Assembly (NCBI GenBank): GCA_012295275.1
Contig: CM022672.1
Location: forward strand, 13,330,001-13,394,000
Length of the DNA: 64,000 bases
Source: Chrysomallon squamiferum
Lineage: Eukaryota > Animalia > Mollusca
Direction of reading: 5' to 3'
Made by a program: the position numbers and the translations under genes. Shown here piece after piece: positions 27,272 to 41,282 of this stretch. Every line of letters starts with the position of its first letter. The stretch's first letter is position 1. The notes under the pieces were generated by a model, which worked only from the letters and a program-made list of their open reading frames with translations, did not search any database and was not told the DNA's origin.

Positions 27272-27899
27272 TTTGTGGTATTTCTGTATTTCATGTGTAA
27301 AATTGGGTGTATTTGTTTGTGTATGTATATGTGTATATACATTTATATGTATGTGTGTATGTATGTATGTATGTGTGTATGTCTGTCTGTCTGTATGTAT
27401 GTATGTATGTATGTGTATGTATGTATGTGTGTGTATGTATGTATGTATGTATGTGTGTGTGTGTATGTATGTATGTGTGTATGTATGTATGTGTGTATGT
27501 ATGTGTGTATGTTTGTATGTATGTATGTATGTGTGTATGAATGTATGTATGTATGTTTGTGTGTGTATGTATGTATGTATGAATGTATGTATGTATGTAC
27601 GTATGAATGTATGTATGTATGTATGAATGTATGAATGTATGTACGTATGTATGAATGTATGTATGTATATATGTATGTATATATATATGTACGTACGTAT
27701 GTATGTATGTTTGTATGTATGTATGTATGTATGAATGTATGTATCTATGTTTGTATGTATGTATGTATGTATGAATGTACGTACGTATGTATGTATGTAT
27801 GTATGTATGAATGTACGTACGTATGTATGTATGTATGTATGTATGTATGTATGTATGTATGTATGAATGTATGTATGTATGTATGTGTATGTATGTATG

Positions 27900-27933
<34 letters not shown>

Positions 27934-28105
27934 TGTATGTATGTATGTATGTATGTATGTATGTTTGTATGTACGTACGTATGTATGTATGTATGTATGT
28001 ATGTATGTATGTATGTATGAATGTATGTATGTATGTATGTATGAATGTACGTACGTACGTATGTATGTATGTATGTATGTGTGTATATATGTATGTTTGT
28101 ATATA
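27230..28105. repeat. Compound/degenerate (TG)n-(TATG)n microsatellite
   Basis: Direct inspection. Confidence 0.97.
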
Positions 28106-28883
28106 CAGTGTATTATCAGACTATTTTCAGGACATTTACGCTTGTCCACCTGCCGTTAAATTGATATTCAGAGTCGCGCGCGTACTCACACACACGCACA
28201 CTTTCTCTCTTTTATTTCATTATACTAGTTGCTAAATTGTACACATGAAATACAGAAATACCACAAACATATATATATATATATAAGTAATAAGTAATAA
28301 TAATGATGATTATAGATAGATAGATAGATAGATAGATAAATAAATAAATAAATAAATAAATAAAATATTATTTTTAAAAAGATCCAGATAAAAGTAAGAA
28401 AAGAATATCCGAATAAAGAAAAAACAAAAAGTAAAAGCTAATTAAAAAAAAAAAAAAGTCTAAAATATAATAATCCACAGATAACCCAAGGTTAACAACA
28501 TTAAACAGGAAAAGCACCAGTCAGAAACGCAAACAAAACAAAAAAAAACAGCAGGTAGGGCGTAGTCTACTACGAGAAATAAAAATACGACTTCGTTCAG
28601 GACGATTATTGAGTTCTTTTTAAATATATCTCACTCAGCAATTTCGAGGACATCGACTGTCAACCCTTCGCTTGCGAAAAACCTAATAAAAACTTAAAGG
28701 TCAGCGCGGAAATGATGTTCCCACGTCTAAAAGAGTCTAGGTCAAACGAATGCCAATGTTTGAACTGCAGCATAAGATCGTTCAATTATGCTTGACATTT
28801 AGTTAACGATTTCTTAGTTTACTGTACGCTTCAAGTCGTTTTGATTTTTCTCTTCTAGGAAGTGTTTGCTTCTTCCTACAGTT

Positions 28884-28966
<83 letters not shown>

Positions 28967-29128
28967 TTTTAACTTGATTTTGTGTGACATTTTTGAATCT
29001 TATAACAAAATTTAAATAGTTATTAATCATTTTAAAAATAACAACGTTGGTGGTCACTGCTACTACAACTACAACTACAACAACAACAACAACTACTACT
29101 ACTACCACTACCACCACCACCATCACTG

Positions 29129-29367
29129 CAGGTTGAGAATCTCTTATCTGAAATGCCTGATATCGGATATATATAAGATTTTGGAGAATAAGATTTAAGG
29201 TTAAATATCAGTTCAGTTTATATTTTATGTAGGGCTCATAAAGACAGCCTGCGGGATTTTTATTTATTTTATTTTGTGTATAATTTATTTAATACTTTTG
29301 TGCATGAAATAATGTTTGTGTAGTGAAAACGATCGTAAAACGTTTCGGATTTCGCAGTATCAACCTT
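29129..29367. mobile_element. Degenerate Tigger4/Zombi-like pogo MITE
   Basis: Starts CAGGTTGAGAATCTCTTATCTGAAATGC and ends ..TTTCGGATTTCGCAGTATCAACCT(t)|TA. The interior TTTTGTGCATGAAATAATGTTTGTGTA resembles my recollection of Tigger4; this was not database-checked. Confidence 0.6.
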
Positions 29368-30797
29368 TACTATTACACTTTCTCCTGCTAATCATATTTC
29401 AACTAAAGCTACTACTAATGATGATGATATTGATGATGATGATGATGATGATGATGATGACAATAATGATAAATTAAAACCGAAAACTCAGGATGATCAC
29501 ACAATTCACATCGAAAAGATTTTTATTTTTAATTATTAAAATACTTTTTTTGTTGGTTTGAAGTGTGTCGCATGATTTATCATCATTTTTCTTATTCATC
29601 ATAGGTATATTAAAAGTAACGTAATGTTTTTTTCATGTCGATTGCACAGTGCGTATAAAAGATATCGTATCGTTAATCTATAAGAGTTGACTGTGCAGTT
29701 ACGACAGCCGGTTTCCTCTCTTTTACTGTCATTATGCAACATATGACTCATATCTAACCGCTAATATTAAAACGTGTTAAAGTGTTGTTAAACATTGATT
29801 CGTTCAAAGTCCGCATCTCATTTCGTTGTCTTGTCTTTCACATTGTGTCAGTTAAGTCAATTCAGCTGTTATCTGTTATCCCTGTTTAACTGTGTTTGTA
29901 CATATTAATGTGAAATTGTATGTATAAAATTTATTCACTAAGCCCTTTAGGTTGTTTCGCTTTAAATCAAAGGGTTTCATGAAAGTAAGGGAAATATATA
30001 TTAATGCTGCAGTTGTTATTATAATTCTGTTATTCTTATTGCTACTATTATAATTATAAAATAATAGAGTTGTTAATGGCAATATTAAAATAATAATCAT
30101 AATAATAATCATAATAATATCAATAATGGTTGTAGCAGAAACAACAACAACAATAATAAAAATAATAACAGCAGCAGCAACAACAACAACGTGAACATAA
30201 CAACAACAACAACAACAACAGCAACTACAATAATAATAATAATAACTGAAGAAGCCAAAGTTCACTGGAGTGCAGAATTATTTTTTTTAATTTTATTTTT
30301 TTTAAATATTTATAAAAAAGAAGAAAAAATTCCACACAGAACAACAACAATACTTATTCATTACTCAAGTTCAACATCACGTGAACTTTGTGACGTTTCG
30401 TAAACAAACTGTCGTGCACTAGAACAGAATACACCTGACAATGGACGTCGTTATAGCCGAGACAAACGAAACGAAGGAAGCTGCATTCCGCGCTTAATTA
30501 ACCAAGTTCACAGCAGACGTTTAATTCTGTTCTGCAGCAGAAACAGCTGACGTATTTTCCCGCGACACGCGTGCTCAAGTTATGAGTTTTTTGTCTCAAT
30601 GAATGAGTGTCCAGTGTATCTTTTATTTTATATTTTGTTTGTTTATTTGGCAAAAGACTGGACTTGCTGACCGGAACGTGTGTTTTCTTTTTCTTTTTTT
30701 TTTTCTGACTGACAGATTTCGATTGTTCGACTTTGAAGTTAAATGAAGTGCGAACATGTTACTAATTCCATTTCTTTGAGATCAAGAAAAACGTATG

Positions 30798-30798
30798 A

Positions 30799-30853
<55 letters not shown>

Positions 30854-30856
30854 GTA

Positions 30857-30890
<34 letters not shown>

Positions 30891-30929
30891 GTAATAATAA
30901 TAATAGTAGTAATAATAATAATAACAATA

Positions 30930-30960
<31 letters not shown>

Positions 30961-31030
30961 TAGTAATAATAATAATAGAAGTAGTAGTAGTAGTAGTAGT
31001 AGTAAAATAATAATAACCATGATAATGATA
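30798..31030. repeat. Compound (AAT)n/(AGT)n microsatellite
   Basis: Direct inspection. Similar tracts occur near 5035, 25620, 41211, 48618, 51684 and 61745. Confidence 0.97.
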
Positions 31031-33293
31031 AATAAATAAATTAAACAAGCACCGAAATAAACTAACAAAAACAAACATCTCCCTATATAAAAAGAAAAAA
31101 CCCACAAAAACAAAAACCAAAAAAAAAACGAACAACAACAGCAAAGAAACCAGTCAAAAATAAATATATAAATAAATAAGCTAAAAAAATAAAAGAACAA
31201 TTACTCTAGCTAAAATATATTCTTATGGTGGCATACGATATGCTACAATACAATAGTCAATACGCATGAGTTTAGCTTTTAGGTTTTAGTATGTAATAGT
31301 CAGTGGAGCTTAAAGTTATGAACAAAATCCCATCATTTTATGGAAGTGTTCTGGTTATTGCACATAGTCGCCAAATGCAGTTACCGAGATAAACGAAGAG
31401 CTATGAAATTTAATAAATACAAAACATTAATTTTATAATGACTGTTTTTAACACTACGGGTTGTAAGTACAGTATAATTAATTTTTGTTATAAAATAAAA
31501 TATGTAATTTTTGTGGGGTTTTTTGGGGCTAATGACCAAGAAATAGACATTTTTTAATATCTACATACATTGTTATAATCCTGAATATGTCTAGTACGTG
31601 TATACGATTTATGCATGCATGTATGTATGTATGTATGTATGTATGTATGTATGTATTTACGTATGTATGTATGTATGCATGTATGTATGCATGTATGTAT
31701 GTATGTAAGTACATAAGATAGTAAGCATGTCTGTGTGTGACGTACTGTTGTTTTAGTTAGGTAGTTTATTGTGTTTAGTGGTTTTGTTATTACTATAATG
31801 ACACGTTCTAAACAAACGTTTTACTAAATATAATATTATTTTCTACAACTCTTATTATATTCTCTGATAATTTTAATTAACATACTTAATTTATTACTTA
31901 TTAGGAATTATATAAAAATCCGCCATCCAACAACAGCAACAACCAAAAAAAAAACGTATAAAGAAAATAATAAACTTATATCACGGTCCGCCATTCAACA
32001 GGTGACAAAAAACAACAACATGGCATTTATATTACGGTTATTTTTACGTGAACTGGGTGTAGACTTTATGAAAATATTGTAAACAAGGTTCACCTTCTTT
32101 CTCTTTCTGGCATTTTTCTGATGTTGACGATGATTTTATTAACAACGACGTGTTACATCACCACGTCATCGGATGGAAGGTCTAGGCTGTCGTAAATCGA
32201 AGATTTTTATTTCCTTGCGTCTGCTCGATAATTGTGTGATCCTGTTACAAACTGACATGTCGCGTCCGAAAATGTTTCTGTTAATTTAGGCTCAAATGTA
32301 AAATAACTTCATATTTTTATTTTATTTTAACTGTAAATTTAATTGTTTATTCTGGATGTATTATTAGACGTGATGTTAATTTAAGACGTAATTTGGCATT
32401 TCGATGAATCATTGGATTTGTAATACACATCTAATAAGACATTTCGATTTAGTCAATAGACATTGCACTGTAAATGTAAACTGTAGACAGAAATCTCTGT
32501 TAAACTAGTTTACACGGTACTGATAAACTAAAATAATTATAACTGGGCTTTTCAGTTTAACCAGTTTATACTGTAAACTGTAATTACAATTTCGATTAAA
32601 CTATTGGATATGTAAGCGTTGTGAACAATATCAGATCTGTCATTATACGATATTTAAAAAATCCTTTCATTCAGAACTTATCTGGAACAAGAAGCGTATT
32701 TAAGACTATCAGACATTTGACTCAGAGAAGCGACAGACTTCATAATCATCTACTCCAGTCTTGTTAAATAAAACTGACGTCTAACAGAGCCAGGGCTGTC
32801 AAGTCTTGTCATAAGCAAACAAACATTTTCAAGCCAATGTGTATAGATGCTGAATTCTTTGTGACAAAATCCAGATACGAATCAGACTTCAACTGCGATA
32901 TGCTTTGTTTTCTCCTATGGCTACCCTGATCAGAACCAGATGTACCAATTCTCACACATATATCACAAACAGACAGAGACATTAACACACATTTACTCTG
33001 AAACACAAATTTATACCATAGACACAAGCTACAAACCCCACACAAACTATTCTTTTTTTATTGCTTTCATCTGTATTGCTTTTTATAAGTTATCTAAATG
33101 ATGATAAAAATCTTTAACTTAACTATTTTCTGACCTTCCTCGAATTCTTGTTTTTCCTTTCAAAACCTAAACAGAAAAAACAAAAAAACAAACCTGAACA
33201 CATTAATTTATTGATAAGAGTTTTGATGTCAAACTTTGACGTAATTTCATCTTGTCATTGATAAACAAGGACTTTGAACACTTGATATGATAT

Positions 33294-33677
33294 TAATAAT
33301 TATTCACACCTGTGTGACAGCAAACTGCTGTCTTGTTTACTGAGGCGTGGACGGATCCGGGATCGATCCTAGGTTCTGATCAATGTTTAATTCGGTCATC
33401 ATTTTTAAACTACGTGCACGTCCATGAAGAAGATAAACAAAGATGTCTGATGAAGAAACAGTTTGAGAATTCTGCTAATTCTAGTTTAATTGAACAGTCA
33501 ACTTCGTTAAAAACAGAAAAATGAAGACAGACGCGTAATCGATGAAGTCAACTTCGTTAAAAACAGAAAAATGAAGACAGACGTGTAATCGATGAAGTGA
33601 AGGAGATTTTAATTTCGGTGATGAGACAACAGTGTCAGTCTGATCTTCACTGTGGCTTTAATGCAGCTGTTTTGAAA
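33294..33677 (+). repeat. Right arm of long-range inverted repeat (partner 19532-19915)
   Basis: Same 384-bp sequence in the opposite orientation, with the same internal 51-bp duplication. Confidence 0.95.
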
Positions 33678-34768
33678 CATATATCTAAATGATATAAATA
33701 CAGTTACGGTAATATACATTATAGTTAATATATCATTCTAATATACATACATATACACATACACATATATACATTCAAACATAAATATATACATTTGTAT
33801 ATATATATATTCAAATATGTAAAATTTATGTTTGAATGTATACGTACATACATATATATATTCATATGTACGTACGTATACATAATGATAATGATAAAAT
33901 GATAATGATTATGATGGTAAATAATATCATAATAATCATGATAATAATGATAATGATTATGATGGTCATAATTATTATTATTACATAAATCTGTAAAACA
34001 AATTATTAAAACTGTGACCACGATTTTAATTTTCTGTATGTTTTTTATTACATCTTCATTTTTTTAATGCAACCTTCAACAGTTCAATACACAAACAACT
34101 CCGTGCATTAAACACACAAACAACTGACAGTTAATTGTGACAGCGACGTCTGCTCATGAAATGTGTGCGTTGTGCAGACGAGAAACGTCTACAGACGTCG
34201 ACTGCTCGATATTATCTGTGTGTTGTCTCTCTCAAAGTCACTGGCGAGGTGTTTTTAAATTACAGGTATGCACAACACGACTGTGACAGCCTTGGTACCA
34301 AGCGGAGAAGAATGATCATTAAAATATATTGAGTTTCTTTTAAACATCCGAATGCTTCTTTTTCTTTAAGAACAAAATAAAAAAAGTTAAACATAAATTG
34401 TTGTTCTTTTACATAAAAAGCAAAGAAAGAAAGAAATTTTTTTAAAAACATTGTTTTTGCACTGATAATATCTGCACGAGTTTAATACTTGAATATTACG
34501 GTTTTTAACCAGAAAATTTTTTCATGACAATCTCTTTCTCTCTCTCTCTCCCTCTCTCTCTCTATATATATACATACACATACACGAACATAAATATACA
34601 ATACATACATATACACACACAACACACGCAGAAACACATAACACTGATAGATAGATAATTTACGCGTTCTCAACATATATGATTGTCCATCCTCTATTTT
34701 ATACCACTTGTTCCGTTATTGTTTTACATGAATGTATGCCAGACAGCCGACATGCTAAGAGCTAATGA

Positions 34769-34799
<31 letters not shown>

Positions 34800-35627
34800 C
34801 AGTTCCTGAGTTCTCCTTGAAGTATGACGTAGTGTGAGATCGATTCTCATCAACGGCCAGTCAATCCATTTAAAATTTATATATATATATTTGATTATTA
34901 ATTTTTTTATTTATATTTTATTTCTTCTTGATGTATATTATATGGCAGGATCGAATCCCTTTAACCTTTAGTAGATCTATCTTAATATTGTTTATATTTA
35001 TTTTTGAATATTTCGTCTGCTTATTTACACACCTATGTTTAATTATCATAATTAATATCATCATCATTATCATAACTATCCTGATCATCATAATCATCAT
35101 TATCATCACTATCATCAAGAACAGCAATGATACCACAATATTTATTATTTACAGTGCTTATAAAAAGAAGAAATAAAACTACAAAAAAACCACCTATGAA
35201 TATTAATGGGAAATCGCAACATTTTCATAAATTATATATATACACACACATATATACATACACACACTCATACACGTAAACCAGCAATGAAGGAACATTC
35301 CTGACAGAGAGCAGATTTCATTGTATTAAAGAAGTAACTCAAAAATCCAAATATCGTACACTTATATAGTGTGATACTCGGTTGATCTAAAACACTGATA
35401 GTAGGCTTGTAACTATTTAAGTCTCTATTACGTTAGGAGTAGATCCGAAATTTCACAAAAGGTGATACTCTATTATGGTGGTTTATTTGACATATTACAA
35501 CGAAATGAGTTTTGTTATAAAGTAAAAAACAAATCAGTCTGCTACAAAGTGTGAATACGAACTTGTTTGTGCATAAAAACTATTAGGCTTTTAATGTTTT
35601 CTAGTTTCAGTGTTTTACTATTACTAT

Positions 35628-35692
<65 letters not shown>

Positions 35693-35930
35693 TACTACTA
35701 ATATTATTATTATTATTTTATAGTATTATATCATAGTAATAAATACAATATCTTTTATAAAACAAGGCATATTTTGGTATATCCGATCATCATCATCATA
35801 ATAATCATAATCATAATTTACCATCATAATCACCATCAGCAACAACACTCAAAATCATTATCAACATCATCAACAACAACAACAACAACAACAACAAGAC
35901 TAATAAATCTGTTTTTTTCCACTATTTCAG

Positions 35931-36105
35931 ATCGCTGTGGTGTGATGTCAGCTCCTATGATAATCGGTGGAAGTTTGTCAGAACCGAGGAGGTGGCCGTG
36001 GCAGGTGTCGTTGCAGATTGTCGCAGCCGTCGAGCCGTGGCATCGATGTGGCGGGGTCCTCATTCACGAGATGTGGGTGCTGACGGCGGCGCACTGTGTT
36101 GAAGG
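35931..36105 (+). CDS. Exon 2: S1A serine protease activation segment and catalytic His motif
   Basis: (D)[50 protein letters not shown] contains the IIGG, WPWQVSL, CGG and TAAHC signatures. It has a pyrimidine-rich acceptor and a GTAAGT donor. Confidence 0.95.
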
Positions 36106-36466
36106 GTAAGTTTGTCAAAATGTTGTTGTTGTTGTCGTCGTTGTTGCTGTCGTGATGATGACCACAGTATGTCTGTGTTGTATTATTTTGTTACAGTCGA
36201 GTTTTTCAATGGCAGATATTTTGCACATCAACATCTATGTAGGTAAGTAAATAACCAATATAAAATATAAAACGAACGTTTTTTGGCTTACTGTATTCTT
36301 ACCATTAAATCTCGTTTTAAGGAAGATTAGAGCAGTAATGATACGTTTCTGAGAAAAAAAAAAAAATAGCGAGAACGTTTTGGATCAATAGATAGATTTG
36401 ACTATATGCTTTGTTAGCACAGAATAGTCACATATATGTGTGTCTGTGTCTTTATATGTATATATA

Positions 36467-36885
36467 CCGATGGCCCAAAAGTAGGTTTACAGTTATTACG
36501 TAGGCAATTTATTTTAAATTATAAGCATGTATCAAGCATTAAACAGAAACTATTTAATCTCTCAGGTGCTCAAAATGTCTTCCTTCAACATAGCAACATT
36601 CTTCAAACCTCTCCAGGACGCTCTGACACACAGTGCGGCACAAATTCCGATCTTCATCAGTTTCTGTGAATGCGTCATGAATGTAATCTTTTAATTCATT
36701 TACTGTTTTGGGATTCTTCTCATAGACGTTGTTCTTTACAACACCCCAAATAAAGGAAATCCACTGATGTCAGGTCAGGTCAACGCGGTGGCCATTCGAA
36801 GCTGCCCCTTCTTCCGAACCAACGCTGTGGAAAGGTTTAATAAACGATAGTTTAATAACTGTAAACCTACTTTTGGGCCACCCTG
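36467..36885 (-). mobile_element. Internally deleted Tc1/mariner-superfamily element (rosa/DD41D-like)
   Basis: TIRs TGGCCCAAAAGTAGGTTTACAGTTATTA / TAATAACTGTAAACCTACTTTTGGGCCA, flanked by TA on both sides, with a transposase C-terminal relic inside. Confidence 0.92.
36554..36833 (-). pseudogene. Transposase C-terminal fragment with a stop and a frameshift
   Basis: Minus strand reads FPQRWFGRRGSFEWPPR*PDLTSVDF /frameshift/ WGVVKNNVYEKNPKTVNELKDYI...VEGRHFEHLRD*. This matches the WPPRSPDLTPxDFxLWG..K..VY and GxHFEHL motifs of Tc1/mariner transposases. Confidence 0.88.
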
Positions 36886-37791
36886 TATATGTGTGTGTGT
36901 GTATGTGTTGTGTGTGTGTGTGTGCAAACACGCAAAGCGTGTATAACAGAATACCCGGTGCTTACTTGATAACGTTTCATTGAACACAAGAGAAAATAAT
37001 GTTGATATGTACAGAATATTTATATGGAAATGATAAACGACAAAATAACTTTTTAAAACTGGGTTTCTTTCAGCCAGAATATGAGAATTTCCATAATATT
37101 ATTATACTGTTGTTCAAAAACATGCATCACTGTCATAAGATTTATCTGTGTGACATAAGTACTGATGAATACGAAACTGTCACATCAGAGAGTGGCAGTC
37201 CTCTCATTCTTGTATTCGTTATATTCATGAATATGAAGTGTGTGATATTTATATAAATTAAGCTTAAATCCGAAGTTTATTATCAGGCGCCTATAACACT
37301 TAAAACTGGGCTTCATGTGGCTCTTTACAAGAGTTATCACCGAGTGTCGTGTTTATGCATAAAGATAAACATAACTAACCATGCTGCATTATGAGATGTC
37401 GTGTTTAAGGAGAAAAAGGCATAAAACAATGTCGTTATATAACTAAAAGATAATATCACTACGACAAACATTTAAAGAAAATGTAAAAATATTTAACATG
37501 TATTAAAGTGAAAATGCAAAAATGAACAAATAAATAACAAAGAACTAACATTTTTAAACATCACCAAGAAAATTTATTATAATTGCATCTATTTAGCCAT
37601 TACTGCCTGAATCTGAATTATTCTCATTAACGAAACAAATAAATAAAATATATCATTTCAAATAGAAGTACATATCAAAAAATTAGAAAACTGATATTTG
37701 TTTAAATTAGATAATGAAAAAAAAATGTGAAAGAAAATATAAAAAGAATTACCAAGACGAATTTAATTAATAATAATAATAATAATAATAA

Positions 37792-37825
<34 letters not shown>

Positions 37826-39783
37826 TTCCGGCTTTGCTTCAGTTTCTTTTTTTTGAGTTCACTGAAGGTTATGATTTAAATTCATTTCCGAATGCAGACA
37901 CAAGATTTTTCAAAATTTTGTATCAGGTTTTCAAAAAGCCCTTTCTCTGTTTACTTCTGTTGCTAGGTTTTTATCATCCGGCAGAGATTTTGTCAAACAT
38001 TTTGTTTTGTGCGTAAGCACCAAGCCAGTGTTGTTCGCGTGGGTGGTAATTTTACACAGTATGAGAGAGTAGTCCCCCCTTGCTTCCGGTTCCTACCTCC
38101 ATGAATACAGCCATTGTGCCATCAGACTAACAACCACAGATACTCCGCTTGTATTCTAGAAACAAATCCGGTGCAGATATAATTAATATCAGTGCATTTG
38201 AGAATTGTCCCATTTGATCTAAAATATTACATTAGGGGTTACAATTACATTTACATTTAAATGAATATTGTTGATTGGGAAACATATGTACGTCTAATTA
38301 AAACTTAATGAATATGTTTATAGTTCATAATCATGTTGTAGTTCACAGTTTTTCTGATTGCCGTATTTATGTCAAATGATAGCACTGTTTGCTGAAGCGT
38401 AGTTTACACTATACTTTGCTTTAGCCTGGACTCGTACATGCTGTTCAGAGACCATCAGAAATAAACGTCTTCAATTAGACTCGTTTTAGGTGAGAAATTG
38501 TTTTATTGCCATAATGTTCCGTATTAATGATGCGATAAGCTTATGACAATCTGTTTAAAATCATATGTAAATGTCTTAGCAGGAAAGAAATGAATCTGAA
38601 TTCGAAAAGATGGGTAGTTTTAATAAATGACACTTAACCATTTAAATATAATAGTATTAAAGTAGGTGTAACTATAGTAATTGTTTGTTTTGTTTTTGTT
38701 AACAAACGAAAAATTTATTAGAAACACCAGAATATTAACATGTTAGTAGTAATTAATTAAAACACCAGTTACGTTTTTGGTATATTATTGTAAATTCTTA
38801 ATTCGGTAGCCGCGACATTTCAATGTTCTCTTGCCTCAGAATTCTGAAAACAATAATTTAATGTTTAACTATGAAAGTCTTCAAGGAACCAAACCACCGA
38901 CATCATGGAGACTACTAGAAATACAAACTGATGTATTTACATCCTGCTTTGGTTCCCGTATACAGCACTGATCAGAGTTTATCACGGAAGAGTCTACATG
39001 TCTGCCAAAAGTGCGCCAGGATTAAAAAATCATTCCACCGCATCTGCGTGCAAATTTATTTTTATCACTTAAATATGACACTGTGATCTTCTGGCCAGAT
39101 AAGAATAAGAAAACCATCGTTGTCGGCGTAACAAACAACATCTACAGTTTGATTAACACCATTACGACGTCGTCTCGGATGACATCGTGGCAGACGTCGG
39201 CGTATTTTCGCTGCACCGCACAAACACGATTCAAATATTTGTTTTCCTTGAGGGGTTCGTCTTGCAGATGACGCCATGATGCATGTTTGCTCATCCAATG
39301 TCAGCAGTCATGTTTCGCAATTTGCTCAATTAAAATGGCTTCCTGAAGAATGTGGACGAGTGTTTTTATTTCTCGCATATATACGAGTAACAGGAGAAGA
39401 AGGATATTTGCCTGTCGTTGTTTAGAATACTGAAATGAAATCGTTTTGAGATTGATTTCCGCGTGTGAAAAAAAAGAGTTACGTATGGCGTTGATAAAGA
39501 TCTAACGTAATTTCCTTGTTAGCGAGTTAATCAAAGTAAATGTAAAATGTGATTCCGTAGTTTCGAAACATGCCAGCATGAAAGTACATAGGAAAAAATA
39601 CAAGTCGAAATAAAGGATGTGAATTTACTGTAAACAAAAACACACGACGAAGCAAGCTAAACACACAAACAAAGAGAAACTGACACATTCGTTCTCTGTG
39701 TCACAGGAAAAGATTAAAACTTTATTCTGATCAGGATATAGTTTTATAATTTTATAATTTAATAATAAACAACTATGTTTTTA

Positions 39784-39814
<31 letters not shown>

Positions 39815-41206
39815 GTCTCTATCATCTATCTGTCTGTCTGTCTGTCTATATCTATCTATCTATCTATCTATCTCTCTGTCTGTTTTCTGTCTGTCTATCT
39901 TTCTATCTCTCTGTAAGTCTGTTCTCTATAAGAAATAAACAAAGAAATAAACAAGAAAGAGACCGTTCAAATTTAAAAAAAAAAGGAAAACGAGAAAGAA
40001 AATCAAATAAAACCTAAAATAATTTTTTTTTAAATCTCTCCCCCATCGATAAAACTATGACCTGGTAATATAAATTTAAACCCAGAATATTTTTGTAATC
40101 TTAATTGTATGTCTTAAAACGATTTTTGTTTTTACTCTATAAATATTTAACACCATAAGATACATATTAACAGTAGAACTGGTAGGTTTATTTCACATAT
40201 CCAGTTCTTTGAAAATTTCATAAAAATTAGTTTTCAAATATCGACTTTGTCACTTTAAGAAAAGTTTATTTCGTTACCAGGTACATTAAATTAAATTTTT
40301 TGTCCCCATCCATAACAACACCACCAATAAATAAATAAATAAATAAGAAAGAAAATGAACAAATAAATAATCTAAAATAATAGTAAGAAAACATATTTAA
40401 GAAAAAATTAAACGAGAATAGTAAATAATAATAAAACCAAGACAACAACAATAACAACACTAATATCAACTATAATGAATAAATAAATAAATAAATAAAT
40501 CAAAATAATAATAGAAAATAAAACAAAATAAAAAGTAAGATGAACACATGGTTTGCCTCTTTTTCAATCTCGATAAGATTACGTCATCACTGTCCAGAAT
40601 AAACACAAACAATCCATGTCGTAATCTGCGTTTTGCTCACTGCTGTAGTTTTGTTTGTTTGTAACTCGCTGTTACAAGTTGCAGACTTGTGTTTTGTGAT
40701 GTTAATGTTTTTGTTGATTTCTTCTTTTATATTTAATCTCATCTGCTAATTTAAAAATGTGCAATGCAATACGGGTCAACGGGGGATTTTAGCAATTTCT
40801 GTAACCAAAAAAGTATGCAATCGTTCGCTTTAATATCAGTATTATACATACATACATATCCATCATGTACAAAAGTACTTACACACATACATAACATACA
40901 TACACACACAGTTACATACATACATACATACACACACAGTTACATACATACATACATACACATACATGTACAAATCTACGTATATATATATATATATATA
41001 TTCGAAGTAGAATTGCAATAGTACTAGTACTAGCAGTAGTAGTAGTTGTAGTCTAAGGATTAGTGTCAGTGCTAGTAATAATAATCGTGAAAGGAGTGGT
41101 TTTAGTAGTAGCAGCAACAGCAACGAAATTAAGTTACATGAACGTTCTTAATTTAAAACGTGTATTTGTTTTCCCACTATTTATAAATAAACACGTAACA
41201 AAAACA

Positions 41207-41282
<76 letters not shown>

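Noticed and set aside
33333-33524. Duplicated 63-aa ORF MFTEAWTDPG... (also 19685-19876)
   Set aside because: It has a TTG start and no recognisable domain; the identity is explained by the DNA-level inverted repeat.
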